The notes under the pieces were generated by a model. It was given only the letters and a program-made list of their open reading frames with translations. It was not told where the DNA came from and made no database searches. A program made the position numbers and the translations under genes. A stretch of DNA of 64,000 nucleotides from Hydrurus foetidus (taxonomy: Eukaryota): the NCBI GenBank assembly GCA_900617105.1, contig UYFQ01000779.1, positions 1 to 64,000 on the forward strand. The letters are read 5' to 3'. Positions 62,638 through 64,000 of the stretch are shown piece by piece. Within the stretch, counting starts at the first letter, position 1. Every line of letters starts with the position of its first letter.

Positions 62638-64000
62638 ATGTCTGTATTTAATCAAAACCGAAGCAGAGTGGTGCAAACCATTTTGTGGTGGCTTTTGTAA
62701 TCATATTACTTCAGTTAATCAATCTTCAAATTATATCTACAAAATACAGAATAGCAGCAGATGAAAATGCCAATCTTCGAAAAACAATTTATCCTAACAG
62801 AGGAATTATTTTCGATAGAAAAAAAACACAGTCTTTTAGAGAATGTGATTGTATGTATGTTAATTGTTACTCCATCTGAAACGAAAGTTAGACACATTGG
62901 CTTTTGTGCAATGATGGATATTGATACAATTGCTTACAAAAATATTCTTAAAATTCTTGGTAAAACAGGCAGTGCTGTTAAACCAGGAACTTTTGAAGCA
63001 TTATTAACACCGAAAAATATGCACGCCTTTCAGAGAATATGTATCGCTTTCCTGGCTTTTATTAAGTGAACGCTCTGTTCGTAGTTATCCTTACAATGCA
63101 GCAGGAAATGTACTTGGCTATATTGCAGAAGTTGACACTGGTTTTGAGAAGACATAAAGATGAAGGCTACGAAATGGGCGATTATGTTGGCTTTACAGGT
63201 TTAGAAAGAACTTATGAAAAGTATTGATGGGGAACGTGGAGTGAAACGCCTTATTAAAGACAAGCTTAGCCGTAATATGGGTTCTTACGAAAATGGATTG
63301 TTTGATACAGTTGCAATTGCAGGAAAAACCTCTACAGTAGCATTGATATTGAACTGCAAAAATTGGGTGAAAAATTAATGACAGATAAAGTTGGAAGCAT
63401 AGTTGCTATTAACAAAAACTGGTGGTATTTTGTGTATGGTGAGTGCACCAACTTATAGCAATTATTTAACTGGTCAGAAAGAAAGACATTTTGGAGAACT
63501 TTTACCGATCCAAGAAAACCATTAATTAATAGACCAGTAAGTAATAAATCATCGCCAGGTTCTACATTTAAAACAGTTGTAGGTATTGTTGGTTTGGCAG
63601 AAGGCGTTATTGATGAACACTATTCACTAAGTTGTGGAGGAGCATTTTGGGGCTGTGGCAATGGCAAACCAAAATGTTTAGACAAAGGAACTTTTAATAT
63701 CAAGGAGCCATTGCTGTTAGTGATAATACTTTTTGCAACAGTATATAAAAATATTAGATCAAAATAGATATCCAAACACAGATACAGCTTTAGAAGTTTT
63801 TAATAGATATGCTCATTCTTTTGGCAGGAAGCAAATTGGGAATTGATTTGCCGTCTGAAACAGAGAGCAATATTCCAACGTCAGCATTTTATAGAAAAAT
63901 GCACAGTGTTAAATGGAACTCCTGCAATATTATTTCGAATACAATTGGTCAAGGTGAGGTTGAAGCATCGCTTTTACAACTTGCAAACGTAATGGCAACT
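62638..64000 (+). CDS. mrdA: Penicillin-binding protein 2 (partial, runs off window)
   Basis: LINLQII, YPNRGIIFDR, RSYP, GLERTYE, GSIVAI, SPGSTFK, GIDLPSE, IGQGE. Confidence 0.9.

Noticed and set aside
4073..62897. Antisense or alternate-frame ORFs in the track (e.g. 4963-5220, 11852-12115, 28536-28967, 31965-32342, 46405-46665, 58643-58933)
   Set aside because: Shadow ORFs overlapping well-supported genes, with no recognisable motifs
1..64000. Mass pseudogenisation or programmed frameshifting
   Set aside because: Indels hit essential genes uniformly at homopolymers with no substitution decay, typical of sequencing error
1..64000. tRNA, rRNA, riboswitch, IS element
   Set aside because: No cloverleaf, rRNA-like GC-rich tract, transposase motif or terminal inverted repeats recognised; leaders of metG and valS are too short for riboswitches

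Overview
AT-rich chromosomal segment of a Bacteroidota bacterium, most likely Chitinophagaceae-like. The basis is TAnnTTTG -7 promoter elements, no Shine-Dalgarno motifs, and Bacteroidota-type gene families. Nearly every gene, including essential ones (valS, metG, cysS, acpP, recA), is broken by single-base indels mostly at homopolymers. This points to unpolished long-read sequence rather than pseudogenes, so genes were reconstructed across frames and their ends are approximate. Content, left to right: flavin oxidoreductase, recX, DUF2480, ppiD-like chaperone, a ~550-bp DnaA-box-rich intergenic region (candidate oriC), nadA, S41 peptidase, ABC/HlyD/TolC exporter, HerA-like DUF853, RDD, a Crp/Fnr-DUF2892-OsmC-DUF6132-rhodanese module with a perfect CRP-type site, fumC, cysS, EEP, beta-CASP nuclease, thioesterase, aminotransferase, and gltBD running directly into ureABCEFGD plus a Ni transporter. 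After valS comes an accessory block: a WG-repeat protein, two exported proteins carrying seven copies of an unnamed ~130-aa Cys-containing domain, PAP2, GNAT and MFS. Then fabI, recA with a CTAA-N5-TTAG SOS-type box, L,D-transpeptidase, a Kelch/DUF4907-DUF4270/beta-barrel divergon, LON-N protein, metG, acpP-fabF-rnc, 4-alpha-glucanotransferase with a Lys-rich N-tail, a PKD lipoprotein, SemiSWEET and a partial mrdA. The best novelty leads are the seven-repeat domain proteins and the short 7-9-bp tandem arrays found at operon junctions and inside tRNA-ligase genes. No tRNA, rRNA, CRISPR array or transposase was seen.
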